Shown: in pieces, positions 47,769 to 57,504 of the stretch
Layout: every line of letters begins with the position of its first letter
Position numbering within the stretch: position 1 is the first letter of the stretch
Source: Candidatus Methanomethylicaceae archaeon
GTDB lineage: Archaea > Thermoproteota > Methanomethylicia > Methanomethylicales > Methanomethylicaceae
Assembly (NCBI GenBank): GCA_025057955.1
Contig: JANXER010000001.1
Coordinates: 46,917-110,916 of the forward strand
Length of the DNA: 64,000 bases
Reading direction: 5' to 3'
Program-made: the position numbers and the translations under genes
The notes under the pieces: model-generated
What the model saw: the letters and a program-made list of their open reading frames with translations, nothing else
What the model was told of the DNA's origin: nothing
Database searches by the model: none

Positions 47769-48572
47769 CTATTGTTCCATTATAGGTAGAAAGATTGTTC
47801 CTATTTTTTCCCCTGCCACTATTCTCTCTAAAATTCTTTCCTCAGCACTATTTGCAATTACCATTGGAATGCCAGATTCTGTTACAATTTTAGCAGCCTT
47901 TATTTTAGTAATCATTCCACCGAATCCACCATGAGGATTTTGTGCATAAGCTTCAATTTCAGGCGTTATATTTGGTACACATGATATAAATTTTGAATTA
48001 GGATCATTGGGATCTCCTGAGAATAATCCATTAACATCTGAGAGTATTATGAGTAAATCTGCTTGAATATATTTGGCAACTAATGCTGAAAGAGTATCAT
48101 TATCTCCAAATTTTATTTCATCTATTGCCACGGTATCATTTTCATTTATAATTGGTAGAACATCAAAGGAAATTAAAGTATTAAGCGTATTTAATAGATT
48201 CCTCAATCTTTTTTTATTTTTGAAATCATCCCATGTTAACAATATTTGAGCAACAACAATACCTCTATTCGCCATAATTTTTCTATAGGCTTCCATTAAT
48301 AGCACTTGACCAATGGCAGCTAATGCTTGAAGACTAGGCATGGTGGTTTTCTTTTCGCGAATAATACTCTTACCAGCTCTAATTGCTCCTGATGATACTA
48401 ATATTACATCGATTCCAATTTTCTTTAATGCCATAATCTCATCACATAATCTTTCAATTTTTTTAATATCTAGAAAGCCCTTTTCATCAGAAAGAGAGGA
48501 TGAGCCAACCTTTACTACTATGAGCTTTGATTTTCTTAAGTCATTTCTAAATTTCTCCTCTTGAATAGACAT
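47769..48572 (-). CDS. proB: Glutamate 5-kinase (no PUA domain)
   Basis: VVKVGSS, VSSGAI, AQILLT, PIINEND, FGDNDTLS, GGM.TK. Confidence 0.95.
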   Translation of the reverse strand: MSIQEEKFRNDLRKSKLIVVKVGSSSLSDEKGFLDIKKIERLCDEIMALKKIGIDVILVSSGAIRAGKSIIREKKTTMPSLQALAAIGQVLLMEAYRKIMANRGIVVAQILLTWDDFKNKKRLRNLLNTLNTLISFDVLPIINENDTVAIDEIKFGDNDTLSALVAKYIQADLLIILSDVNGLFSGDPNDPNSKFISCVPNITPEIEAYAQNPHGGFGGMITKIKAAKIVTESGIPMVIANSAEERILERIVAGEKIGTIFLPIMEQ

Positions 48573-48613
48573 ACTACATCGAAATTAAGGATAAGAGAAC
48601 AAATATTTTAATT

Positions 48614-50173
48614 TTAATAAATTCTTATTAGATTTGGATAATACTCTTTGAGTACTCTTTCCATATTTGCACGTGAAACAAATGTTCTCAAGGCATTTAA
48701 TCCCACTCTATAGTATGCTTCTGGATCATTTCTATAGATTTCATATATCTTAAAGAAGAGCGTTTGAAATTGCTGATATTCTCTTTCATTTATTTCTTTA
48801 GCAGCTTCGCTAAAATATTCTATAAGCAACCTTACGTCCTCTCCAAATAACCAACCATTTATATCATTTATTATGAATTCAGGCACACCACCATCAATTG
48901 ATGATAGGCTGGGAATGCCATTTACAGCAGCCTTCATATAGCTGGTTCCACAGGCTTCCCAACCAGGAAAAGGAGTGAATAGCAAAAGATCAGCTCCACT
49001 TAATATTAATTTTGCAGTGTATATGGAATAATTTGGAATATATATTACATTATTAAATTCCTTGTGCAATTTCATAAATAATTTCATATATTCCAAACCT
49101 TGAAAATCAAATGGATGTGCTTTTCCACTGATTACAATAACTATTGGTTTATCTTTTATTTGAGGGATAAGTCTAGCTATGAAATCAGGCCTTTTATATG
49201 GAACCATTCTTCTAGACCATACAGCTATGAACTTATTATCTAAATCAATATCTTTAATTTTACTTAAATAATCTATTAATCTTTGTTTTAATCTCTCTCT
49301 AATTTCAATGAATGTATCTAGTCTAAGTTCATAATTTCTATGCTTTTCAGCAAGCTCTAAATCCATCCATCTCTTTAAACAGATTCCATTGGTAACATAG
49401 CTCAGCTTATCTCTATGATGAGGAAATACCTTGAGAAGAATGCTTAAATGTTTTGCAGAAACTGCTAAGGATTGTCTAGAAAGCGATAATCCAATCTCTG
49501 TTAATACAACATCATTATCAACAAAAGTATAGCCTAATTCCTTTCTAAAGAACTCTCTATTAAAAGTGGGATGACCCCAAGGACCTGCAGTATGTATAAC
49601 AAGTCTATATTTTCCTGGAATCTTCAAAGATAAGGGCAATAGAGCAGCATAAGACTCTTGAAGATCTATACACTCTATTTCATCCAAGGAAATATTTCTT
49701 CTTATATAGGCCTCTGATGCTTTTGCAAATAGTAAATACTTATAGAATTTTATCTCTGTGTTCTCTTCAATGTAAAGTCTTTCAAATAATTTCTCCGCCC
49801 AATTGGGGGATATAGACTTGAAAAAAATGGCATTTGCATTTTTTTCAGAGTACTTCAAGGCTTGAACTTTTACAACCTCATTTCTCAAGTTTATATTAAA
49901 TTCATCAAAGATATTCAACCTACTTGAAAATTCTTTCGGTTGAGGTTGAGGCTTTGGAATGGGGTTTAAATTGGAATCAAATTCATAGTCCACATAACCC
50001 TCTTTATAGTAAATTGATAATACATGGTAATTTATTCCTAAGTCAGCAGCAGCATAAAATTTATCTCCTTCAAGAACGCCCAATCCTCCAGCATAAGTAT
50101 TACCAAATTCCAAAGCTATATCTGGTGTTACACTAATAACATTTTCATTTTTAATCATTCGCCCACCATACAT
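48614..50173 (-). CDS. Alpha-glucan (glycogen) phosphorylase, compact form
   Basis: YAGGLGVLEGD, VTNG, RRMVPYKRP, SGKAHP, WEACGTSYMKAAVNG (PLP Lys). Confidence 0.88.
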   Translation of the reverse strand: MYGGRMIKNENVISVTPDIALEFGNTYAGGLGVLEGDKFYAAADLGINYHVLSIYYKEGYVDYEFDSNLNPIPKPQPQPKEFSSRLNIFDEFNINLRNEVVKVQALKYSEKNANAIFFKSISPNWAEKLFERLYIEENTEIKFYKYLLFAKASEAYIRRNISLDEIECIDLQESYAALLPLSLKIPGKYRLVIHTAGPWGHPTFNREFFRKELGYTFVDNDVVLTEIGLSLSRQSLAVSAKHLSILLKVFPHHRDKLSYVTNGICLKRWMDLELAEKHRNYELRLDTFIEIRERLKQRLIDYLSKIKDIDLDNKFIAVWSRRMVPYKRPDFIARLIPQIKDKPIVIVISGKAHPFDFQGLEYMKLFMKLHKEFNNVIYIPNYSIYTAKLILSGADLLLFTPFPGWEACGTSYMKAAVNGIPSLSSIDGGVPEFIINDINGWLFGEDVRLLIEYFSEAAKEINEREYQQFQTLFFKIYEIYRNDPEAYYRVGLNALRTFVSRANMERVLKEYYPNLIRIY

Positions 50174-50189
50174 GAAAGATTATATCTCT
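50170..50189 (+). repeat. 20-bp dispersed direct repeat, copy 2 (overlaps phosphorylase start and promoter)
   Basis: ACATGAAAGATTATATCTCT, identical to 42259-42278. Confidence 0.85.
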
Positions 50190-50358
50190 CTATATAAAAG
50201 TTATAGAAGTATATTATTTACTAATTAAAATTAAATAGTCCAATAACCATAAAAAAGTATAAAATCGCTTAACATTACAATTTAATTATGCTCTTTGATT
50301 ATTTAAAACCATCCAAAGAAAAGTTAGGGATTTTAATTTGAAAAGCATGAAAGCCATC

Positions 50359-51450
50359 CTATTCAAAAATTAAGTTCAATCTATCAATGGTCTTTATACC
50401 GGTTCCTGTCATAGGTATTAAAACTTTCCCTAAACCTCTAGTTTTTCTGAATGCTGCATATGCAGTTGCAGAGGTGGGCTCAACAATTATGCCCTTTCTA
50501 TAGAGAAATTTTAGAGCGCCCATGATTTCATTATTATTTACTATAAACACATCTCCTGAGGTTGCTCTTATCACACTTAAAATTTCATCCTTTCTGGGGG
50601 GATCATCTACTCTTAGACCATCAGCTAGAGAGCTATTTTTAATCCCTCCTATCTTTCCATATATTGCCTCATATATAGGAGCACATTCTTCTCCTTGAAC
50701 AGCATAAAATTCTGGAATATTATTAAGGAGACCCATTTCATTCAGTTCAAAAAAACCTTTAAATAGTCCCAATAATAGGGTGCCACTTGCCACTGGTACA
50801 ATAATTGCATCAGGAATATGGCCGCTTTCAAATACTTCAAAGGCTATAGTTTTTATTCCTTCAATATAAAAAGCATCCCATATATGCCCTACATAAAGTT
50901 CATTTTCTCTTAGTTCGCTTACAGCTCTAATGGAGGCATCCTTTCTACTTTCACATTCAACAATTTCAGCACCACATGCTCGAATAATCATACGCTTTGC
51001 AGAAGGGGCATCTTTAGGAACATATATCCTAGCCCTTATATTTGCTTTAGCTGCATAAGCTGCAGCCGCTATTCCTGCATTTCCTGATGAATCCTCAACA
51101 ATGCTTCCCACACCCATAAACTTCGCTCTACTTAAACTTACAGCTGCTCCTCTATCCTTAAATGATCCTGTGGGTGAAAAATATTCTAGCTTTAATATTA
51201 CACCTTCATCCTTCATCTCAACAATTGGAGTATTTCCTTCCCCCAAGGTTACCAACCCCTCTGAGAAGGGAATTAATTTTCTATATCTCCAAAGTCCCCT
51301 TTCATTCTTATCAATAATTTGGTTAAATTGATTGAATTTTGAAAGTTGAGTAATTAAGTTGAAAGGGAAATTACAAGAAGGACATTTCCAGTAATATGTA
51401 ATCATAGGATAAACTTTGCCACATTTTTTACATAGAAGTGTAAAATTCAT
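50359..51450 (-). CDS. Threonine synthase-like PLP enzyme (fold type II)
   Basis: N-terminal Zn knuckle, LGEGNTP, PTGSFKDRG, DSSGNAG, PVASG, VEPTSA, TGTGIK. Confidence 0.85.
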   Translation of the reverse strand: MNFTLLCKKCGKVYPMITYYWKCPSCNFPFNLITQLSKFNQFNQIIDKNERGLWRYRKLIPFSEGLVTLGEGNTPIVEMKDEGVILKLEYFSPTGSFKDRGAAVSLSRAKFMGVGSIVEDSSGNAGIAAAAYAAKANIRARIYVPKDAPSAKRMIIRACGAEIVECESRKDASIRAVSELRENELYVGHIWDAFYIEGIKTIAFEVFESGHIPDAIIVPVASGTLLLGLFKGFFELNEMGLLNNIPEFYAVQGEECAPIYEAIYGKIGGIKNSSLADGLRVDDPPRKDEILSVIRATSGDVFIVNNNEIMGALKFLYRKGIIVEPTSATAYAAFRKTRGLGKVLIPMTGTGIKTIDRLNLIFE

Positions 51451-51482
51451 AGTACTTAAAAGCTATTTTCTTCTACTTATTT

Positions 51483-51522
51483 TTATTCCATTTTCTTATT
51501 CCATCTTATTTATTTATTCCAT
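51483..51522. repeat. Three direct TTATTCCAT 9-mers upstream of the thrC-like gene
   Basis: Copies at 51483-51491, 51496-51504 and 51514-51522. Confidence 0.75.
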
Positions 51523-51529
51523 AAAAAAA

Positions 51530-52738
51530 TTAGGAGCTTTTTAAGAACCATTTAGGTCCTTCCAATACTCTAGCCATTACTGTAGCAACAGCAACATCTC
51601 CGCTTGCATTTATCATTGTTCTTAGCATATCTAGTATCGGATCTATTGCTACTATCAATGCTATACCCTCAAGTGGAAGACCTGCTGCAGCTACAGTTGT
51701 AGCAAGCATCAATAGACCTCCACCTGGGATTGCAGCCGTAGCCACAGCCGCTAGAGTGCCTACAACAATTATTGTACCAAACAAACTTGGATCCAGCGTT
51801 ATACCAAATGCTTGTGCAATGAAGACTGCACAAAGAACTTGATACATTGCTGTTCCATCCATATGACAAGTTGCACCCACTGGTAGAACCAAACTTGTTA
51901 CATAATCAGGTATGCCAATTCTTTGAGCTGCTCTTATATTAACGGGCAAAGTTACAGCACTACTTCTAGTGGTAAAAGCTACAAGAGCTGGCTCAATTAT
52001 ATTCTTCCAGTAAACAATTGGATTGCGTTTGCTTAAAGCAACTACTATGGTATATACTATGAAGAAGAAGGCTAGGCTTACAGAATAATCGAGCGTTATC
52101 AACTTTCCATATGCTACTAATATTCCTGTACCATAAGTTCCCATAAGCCAAGCGGCATAGCCGAAGACGCCTATCGGTGCAACCCACATTACAAGCATAA
52201 CCACTTTTAAAATAACTTCAGAGAGGTATTGAAGTGCTCTAGCGATGGGTTTACCCTTTTCTCCCGCAAGGCTTATAGCAAGACCAAGTACTATGGAGAA
52301 GAATATAGCTTTTAGTAAACCTGCCACAGAGAATATATCTACAAAATCAAAAGGAATTACGCCTAGTATGAGATCAACAACAGATGGAGGAGTGGGTGGA
52401 GTATAACCTGGAGGAGGGGATAAACCTACACCTACACCAGGGCCAAATGCTAGTGCAGCCCATAACATTATAGAGGCTCCAAGTGCTGATAGAAATATGA
52501 ATATTATGAACATTCCAATAATTAGTTTGCCCAATCGACGCAAGTCTACAATTTGAGCAATTGCTGCTGTTATTGTAATTATTACCAGTGGAGTTACTAT
52601 CATACGCATTAATCTTATGAAGAGATCCCCTAATGGTTTGAGAACTGATGCAGCTTTTCCAGCACTAAGACCAGTTATTAAACCAAGAATGAATCCAATT
52701 GCAATAGCAATAATTAATGCATGCTTTTTCCAATCCAT
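51530..52738 (-). CDS. Dicarboxylate/amino acid:cation symporter (GltPh/SLC1 family)
   Basis: GDLFIRL, FTTRSSAVTLP, GATCHMDGT, AAIPGGG, DPILDMLRTMINASGD. Confidence 0.93.
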   Translation of the reverse strand: MDWKKHALIIAIAIGFILGLITGLSAGKAASVLKPLGDLFIRLMRMIVTPLVIITITAAIAQIVDLRRLGKLIIGMFIIFIFLSALGASIMLWAALAFGPGVGVGLSPPPGYTPPTPPSVVDLILGVIPFDFVDIFSVAGLLKAIFFSIVLGLAISLAGEKGKPIARALQYLSEVILKVVMLVMWVAPIGVFGYAAWLMGTYGTGILVAYGKLITLDYSVSLAFFFIVYTIVVALSKRNPIVYWKNIIEPALVAFTTRSSAVTLPVNIRAAQRIGIPDYVTSLVLPVGATCHMDGTAMYQVLCAVFIAQAFGITLDPSLFGTIIVVGTLAAVATAAIPGGGLLMLATTVAAAGLPLEGIALIVAIDPILDMLRTMINASGDVAVATVMARVLEGPKWFLKSS

Positions 52739-52845
52739 AGAAATTCCCTAAACTTCATTAGTAAAGATTACTTAAAAATTTTTTTACTTTTAAAAAAAAT
52801 TATGTAACATGATTTCCAGCACTAAGACCAGTTATTAAACCAAGA
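52656..52845. repeat. Exact 33-bp direct repeat: one copy in the symporter 5' coding region, one upstream of it
   Basis: TTTCCAGCACTAAGACCAGTTATTAAACCAAGA at 52656-52688 and 52813-52845. Confidence 0.93.
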
Positions 52846-53085
52846 TATATTTTATAAAATTTAACTTCATCAAAATTTCAAAACTTAAAAGAAATTAGGA
52901 AAAATTATTTATTCATGAGTTTTAAATCACAATATTCTAATAATTTATTAATTTTTCCTCCTAAGATGGCCTTGGGCTTTATTAAAAAGCTTATTTTGCC
53001 TTTCACCACCGAATCCATTCAATATTTTCTTCCATTGGATGAGTATGGATTGAATATATTTCTCCTTGCTTTGGTATTTTTGAGG

Positions 53086-53114
53086 ATTTCCATGGGCTTA
53101 ATTTCCATGGGCTT
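53086..53114. repeat. Tandem repeat with 15-bp period in an intergenic region
   Basis: ATTTCCATGGGCTT at 53086-53099 and 53101-53114. Confidence 0.85.
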
Positions 53115-53225
53115 TCCACAATATAATTGTCCAACATGAAGAACCATTACCATATTTCCATGTATATTGTATATACGGTTATTGTTTATATTCCTCCATT
53201 ATGATTTTTAGCAAATATAAGGTTT

Positions 53226-53855
53226 TTATAAAGTTCTATTCCCAGTTAGAAGATAAGCTGTTTCATTAGCAATATAACATGCATGATCTGCCATTCGTTC
53301 AATAATTCTTGCAGCAAGTCCATTGAATAAAATGCAAGTATGCTCTACATCCTCGCTTGCAAGCTTTCTTAAGATTTTTCTATATTTTTGATCAATTAAT
53401 TCATCAGCCTTAATTACATTTCTTGAAGTTTCAAAATCCTTTTGTAAATAAGATCTAATGCTCGAAATTATCATTGATAGAGCATTCTCAAATAATGAAA
53501 GAACTTCACTAGTATCACATTTTGAAATATCAAATTCTTCTGCTACCTCTAAAATATTCCTTAGATAGCGGCATATTCTCGATATATCATAAGCTACTTT
53601 CATTGAAGTTGTTAACTTTCTCAAATCAGATGCAAAGGGCTGTAGTCTTATAAGAGCCTCAATGCAAAACTCCATAACTTTTTCCTCCTTAATTTGAGCT
53701 ACTTTACATAGCTCAGTTGCAAGAGGTAGAAGGCCTTTCTTTTTGTCCCTTAATAAGTGTAATACATGATCTTTAATATTTTCAATGAGCTCAGTCATTT
53801 CCATAATAGTTGAATTTATCTTATCTTCATACTCTTCAATACTTACTCCCATCAC
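53226..53855 (-). CDS. phoU: Phosphate uptake regulator PhoU
   Basis: [26 protein letters not shown]; last gene of the pst operon. Confidence 0.88.
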   Translation of the reverse strand: MMGVSIEEYEDKINSTIMEMTELIENIKDHVLHLLRDKKKGLLPLATELCKVAQIKEEKVMEFCIEALIRLQPFASDLRKLTTSMKVAYDISRICRYLRNILEVAEEFDISKCDTSEVLSLFENALSMIISSIRSYLQKDFETSRNVIKADELIDQKYRKILRKLASEDVEHTCILFNGLAARIIERMADHACYIANETAYLLTGNRTL

Positions 53856-54613
53856 CCAAACCTCCCTGTGATATATTTCTCAGTTAATGGATCTTTTGGA
53901 GATTCGAAGATCTCCTTGGTCTCTCCATATTCTATTAATTTTCCATTATATATGAAAGCCGTAAAATCAGATATTCTTGCTGCTTGCTGTATATTATGTG
54001 TAACTATTACTATTGTTGTATTATTTTTCAATACTCTAATTAAAGCTTCTACTCTAGCTGATGATGCAGGATCAAGCGAAGAAGTTGGCTCATCCATCAA
54101 TAGAACCTCAGGCTCAGTAGCAAGCGCTCTAGCAATACATAAGCGTTGCTGTTGGCCGCCAGATAATTGAGCTCCAGATCTCTTTAAGTCATTGCATACT
54201 TCATCCCATAATCCCACTTCCTTCAATTTACGCTCCACTATGCCATCTAATATTTTCCTATCTCGTATTCCCATTAACTTCAAACCTGCTACTACATTAT
54301 CATATATGGACATATGAGGAAAGGGATTTGGCTTTTGAAATACCATGCCAATCTTTCTCCTTACCTCCATGGCATCCATTTCTGAATATATGTCCTTTCC
54401 ATCAAGTATTACCTTTCCCTCTACTCTTGCTCCAGGTGTTAATTCATGCATTCTATTCAAACATCTAAGAAATGTAGTTTTTCCACAACCTGAAGGGCCA
54501 ATTATTGCAATTACTTTTTTCTCAGGAAACTCTAGATGAATATCAAAAAGGACTTGTTTATTTTGAAACCAAGCGCTTAAACCATTAACTCTAAGCTTAT
54601 ACATCAATATCAC
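53852..54613 (-). CDS. pstB: Phosphate ABC transporter ATPase
   Basis: [46 protein letters not shown]. Confidence 0.96.
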   Translation of the reverse strand: MILMYKLRVNGLSAWFQNKQVLFDIHLEFPEKKVIAIIGPSGCGKTTFLRCLNRMHELTPGARVEGKVILDGKDIYSEMDAMEVRRKIGMVFQKPNPFPHMSIYDNVVAGLKLMGIRDRKILDGIVERKLKEVGLWDEVCNDLKRSGAQLSGGQQQRLCIARALATEPEVLLMDEPTSSLDPASSARVEALIRVLKNNTTIVIVTHNIQQAARISDFTAFIYNGKLIEYGETKEIFESPKDPLTEKYITGRFG

Positions 54614-55428
54614 CTAGTTGAAATTCTTCTAACTAAAATGTTTATGAAGAGAACTAATAAAAGTAATAGAAGGGATGCCCCCCATGCTCTAATGACCCAA
54701 GCTTCAAAACCACTCATTGCATAATTATATATTAGCACTTGTAATGAGGCCATAGGCTCATTTATTCCTCTTGGCCAATAATAGCTGAATAAAGCTGTGA
54801 ATAGTAGTGGAGCAGTCTCTCCACTAATTCTAGCAAAAGCAAGTAGACTGCTTGTAATAATACTGCTCTTAGCTACTCCTAAAATAATCTTAGTAACTAC
54901 TATCCACTTGGGTAAACCAAGAGCAAATGCTCCTTCTCTTATCTCTATGGAGACTGCTCTCATTCCTTCTTCAGTTGCTTTAGCTACTATTGGTATAACA
55001 ATTATTGAAAGTGCAAAAGCTGCAGCAATTGCAGTATAATGACCTATTCTAATAACAATAAGTGCAAAGGCAAATAATCCAAGAATTATTGAGGGCACTC
55101 CAGATAGAGTGTAAATAATGGTTCTAATGAAGGTTGAAAAGGTACTATCATTGCTATATTCCGATAAATATATACCTGTGGCAATGCCAAGCGGAAGGCC
55201 TATAGCACAAGCCATAGCATTTATAATCAAAGTGCCCAATATTGCATTAGCAATACCTCCACCCTCTCCAATAGGTGCAGGAAGAGATATTAGAAACTCT
55301 AGGCCTATGACTGAAATTCCCTTAATAAAAACATCGAAGATTATCCAAAGTAATGGAATGGTTATTAAGACTACTACTATAGTTGAAGTGATTCTAATAA
55401 GAGCATTTTTAATTTTTCTCAAGTTCAT
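54610..55428 (-). CDS. pstA: Phosphate ABC transporter permease
   Basis: [35 protein letters not shown]. Confidence 0.94.
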   Translation of the reverse strand: MNLRKIKNALIRITSTIVVVLITIPLLWIIFDVFIKGISVIGLEFLISLPAPIGEGGGIANAILGTLIINAMACAIGLPLGIATGIYLSEYSNDSTFSTFIRTIIYTLSGVPSIILGLFAFALIVIRIGHYTAIAAAFALSIIVIPIVAKATEEGMRAVSIEIREGAFALGLPKWIVVTKIILGVAKSSIITSSLLAFARISGETAPLLFTALFSYYWPRGINEPMASLQVLIYNYAMSGFEAWVIRAWGASLLLLLLVLFINILVRRISTR

Positions 55429-56354
55429 CTATATTTCACCCCTTTTTCAATGAACTTAGTAATGAAACTAATAGAAATTGAGAATAGTAAGAGTATTAAT
55501 GCTAAGGACATTAATGAAGAGTTGTGCATTAAATCAATTACGCTTTCTGGAAATTCACTAGCTATTTTACTTGTTATGGTTGTTGCAGGAGAAAAAAGCG
55601 ATATAGATTGAAAGGGCCATATATAGGAATTGCCAATAACCATAGTAACTGCCATGGTTTCTCCAAGTGCTCTTCCTAGGCCTAAAATTGTAGCAGCCAA
55701 TATACCTCTTCTAGCAAAGGGAATAACTACATGCCTTAATACTTCCCACTTAGTAGCACCTAAAGCAAACATAGCTTCTTTTAGTAAAATGGGAGTTTTC
55801 AAGAATATATCCATGCTAATTGAAGCTATTATTGGAGTTATCATAATTGTTAGAATTAAAGAGGCTAAGAATATACTCAAACCATAAGCAGGTCCAGAGA
55901 ATAGTGGAATAAATCCTATTGAGGCAATTATTGGCTCTTGAAAGTTAAGTTTAATAATTGGAGAAATTGTCCAAAGACCCCATATTCCATAAATTACACT
56001 TGGTATTGCAGCCAATAGATTCATAATTTCAGATATAATTGGACGAACTCTCAAGGGGCAATATTCAGTATAAAATATAGCAATGCTAAGGCTTATTGGA
56101 AAGGCAAAGGCAATTGCAATCGCTGATGAAATTATAGTGCCAAGTATTGCAGGTGCTCCTCCAAACAATTTGATATTTGGATCCCAAGAAGATCCAAATA
56201 AAATATAAAATCCATTTTCCATAAGAGATGGCATTGATCTCTCAAATAATGAATAAAACATTAATAGAAATATTACGATAATTATTAGAGTAGCAATTTT
56301 AAGTATAAGTTTAAAAAAATTTTCTAAAAAAATTATTTTTGATATGTTCTTCAT
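55425..56354 (-). CDS. pstC: Phosphate ABC transporter permease
   Basis: LLAAIPSVIYGIWG, ALGATKWE, LGRALGETMAVTMVIGN. Confidence 0.94.
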   Translation of the reverse strand: MKNISKIIFLENFFKLILKIATLIIIVIFLLMFYSLFERSMPSLMENGFYILFGSSWDPNIKLFGGAPAILGTIISSAIAIAFAFPISLSIAIFYTEYCPLRVRPIISEIMNLLAAIPSVIYGIWGLWTISPIIKLNFQEPIIASIGFIPLFSGPAYGLSIFLASLILTIMITPIIASISMDIFLKTPILLKEAMFALGATKWEVLRHVVIPFARRGILAATILGLGRALGETMAVTMVIGNSYIWPFQSISLFSPATTITSKIASEFPESVIDLMHNSSLMSLALILLLFSISISFITKFIEKGVKYR

Positions 56355-56415
56355 ATTTCATCATCTAAAATAAAAGTATAGGTTTAAAAAAATTTTGCCT
56401 TCAATGTTTTATCCT

Positions 56416-57471
56416 CTAAATTAAAGATCTCCCTTGATGGGTTACTTGTTTTAATAGAGATTCTCCAATTTTTACAACTTCACTTGGTAATTTCGGATAG
56501 AGTAGGGCTTCTGAATAGTTTTGACCCTCATGTATTGCCCACCATATGAAGTTCACTATGGCTCTTGCTTTATTGATATCCATATATGATAAATCTCTAT
56601 AGACTAGAGCATAAGTGAAGGCTGCAATGGGATATACATCCTTTCCTGGAAGATTTAGTATGGCTGATCTAACATCCTTAGATAGAAGCGCAGCTCCTGC
56701 TTTAGCTGCATTTGATAGAGTCTGCAGGGATGGTAATATGAATTCACCATCTCTATTCTTTATTGCTGCATAGGGAATGGAATTATTATGAGCATAGAAG
56801 AATTCTAAATATCCAATTGAATATGGTGTTTGTATTAGTGTGCTTGCTACTCCGGGATTTCCTGGGGCACCAAGGCCAACTGGCCATCTTATAGTTGTAC
56901 CACTGCCCAATACCCATAATTTGGAGGCTAATTTTAGATAACTAGTGAATACATAGGTTGTTCCACTTGAATCAGATCTTCTTACTACAACAATTTCTCT
57001 ATCAGGAAGGTTAATTCCAGGATTTAGAGATGTAATTTCAGGATCATTCCACTTTGTAATATTTCCTTGGAATATCTTGGCAATTACATCAGGTGTAAGT
57101 TTTAAGCCACTTCCAATACCAGGTATGTTGTAGCTAACTACAACGCCACCCATAGTCCAAGGAATATGTATCACGGGATCCTTCGCAAGTTGTTCATCAG
57201 TTAGAGGGGCATCTGATCCAGCAAAGTCAAAGGTTTTTGCTAGTAAATTGCTTATTCCAGCTCCACTACCTACGGGCTGATAGGAGATTTGTATATGTGG
57301 ATATCGCTTATTATACTCAGAAATCCATTTGGAAACTATTGGATATGGAAAGGTTGCACCGCCAGAAGTTATAGTAACTGGAACTACTTGCTGCGAACTT
57401 ATTATGAAGTATCCTCCTGCTATTATTGCTAATACAGCAATTCCTATGATTAAATATTTCATATTTACCAA
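56416..57471 (-). CDS. pstS: Phosphate ABC transporter substrate-binding protein
   Basis: GATFPYP, GSGAG, DFAGSD, RSDSSGTT; N-terminal signal/TM anchor. Confidence 0.95.
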   Translation of the reverse strand: MVNMKYLIIGIAVLAIIAGGYFIISSQQVVPVTITSGGATFPYPIVSKWISEYNKRYPHIQISYQPVGSGAGISNLLAKTFDFAGSDAPLTDEQLAKDPVIHIPWTMGGVVVSYNIPGIGSGLKLTPDVIAKIFQGNITKWNDPEITSLNPGINLPDREIVVVRRSDSSGTTYVFTSYLKLASKLWVLGSGTTIRWPVGLGAPGNPGVASTLIQTPYSIGYLEFFYAHNNSIPYAAIKNRDGEFILPSLQTLSNAAKAGAALLSKDVRSAILNLPGKDVYPIAAFTYALVYRDLSYMDINKARAIVNFIWWAIHEGQNYSEALLYPKLPSEVVKIGESLLKQVTHQGRSLI

Positions 57472-57504
57472 AATCTCACCTTAATCAGAAAAAGTATATT
57501 TTTT

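Noticed and set aside
52800-53120. Possible mini-CRISPR array or ORB cluster (33-bp spacer-sized match, TTCCA words)
   Set aside because: No regularly spaced 24-40 bp repeats, no cas genes in the window, and no ORB G-string
52915-53139. 74-aa plus-strand ORF
   Set aside because: No motif or SD, atypical composition; the strand bias suggests any ancestral gene was on the minus strand
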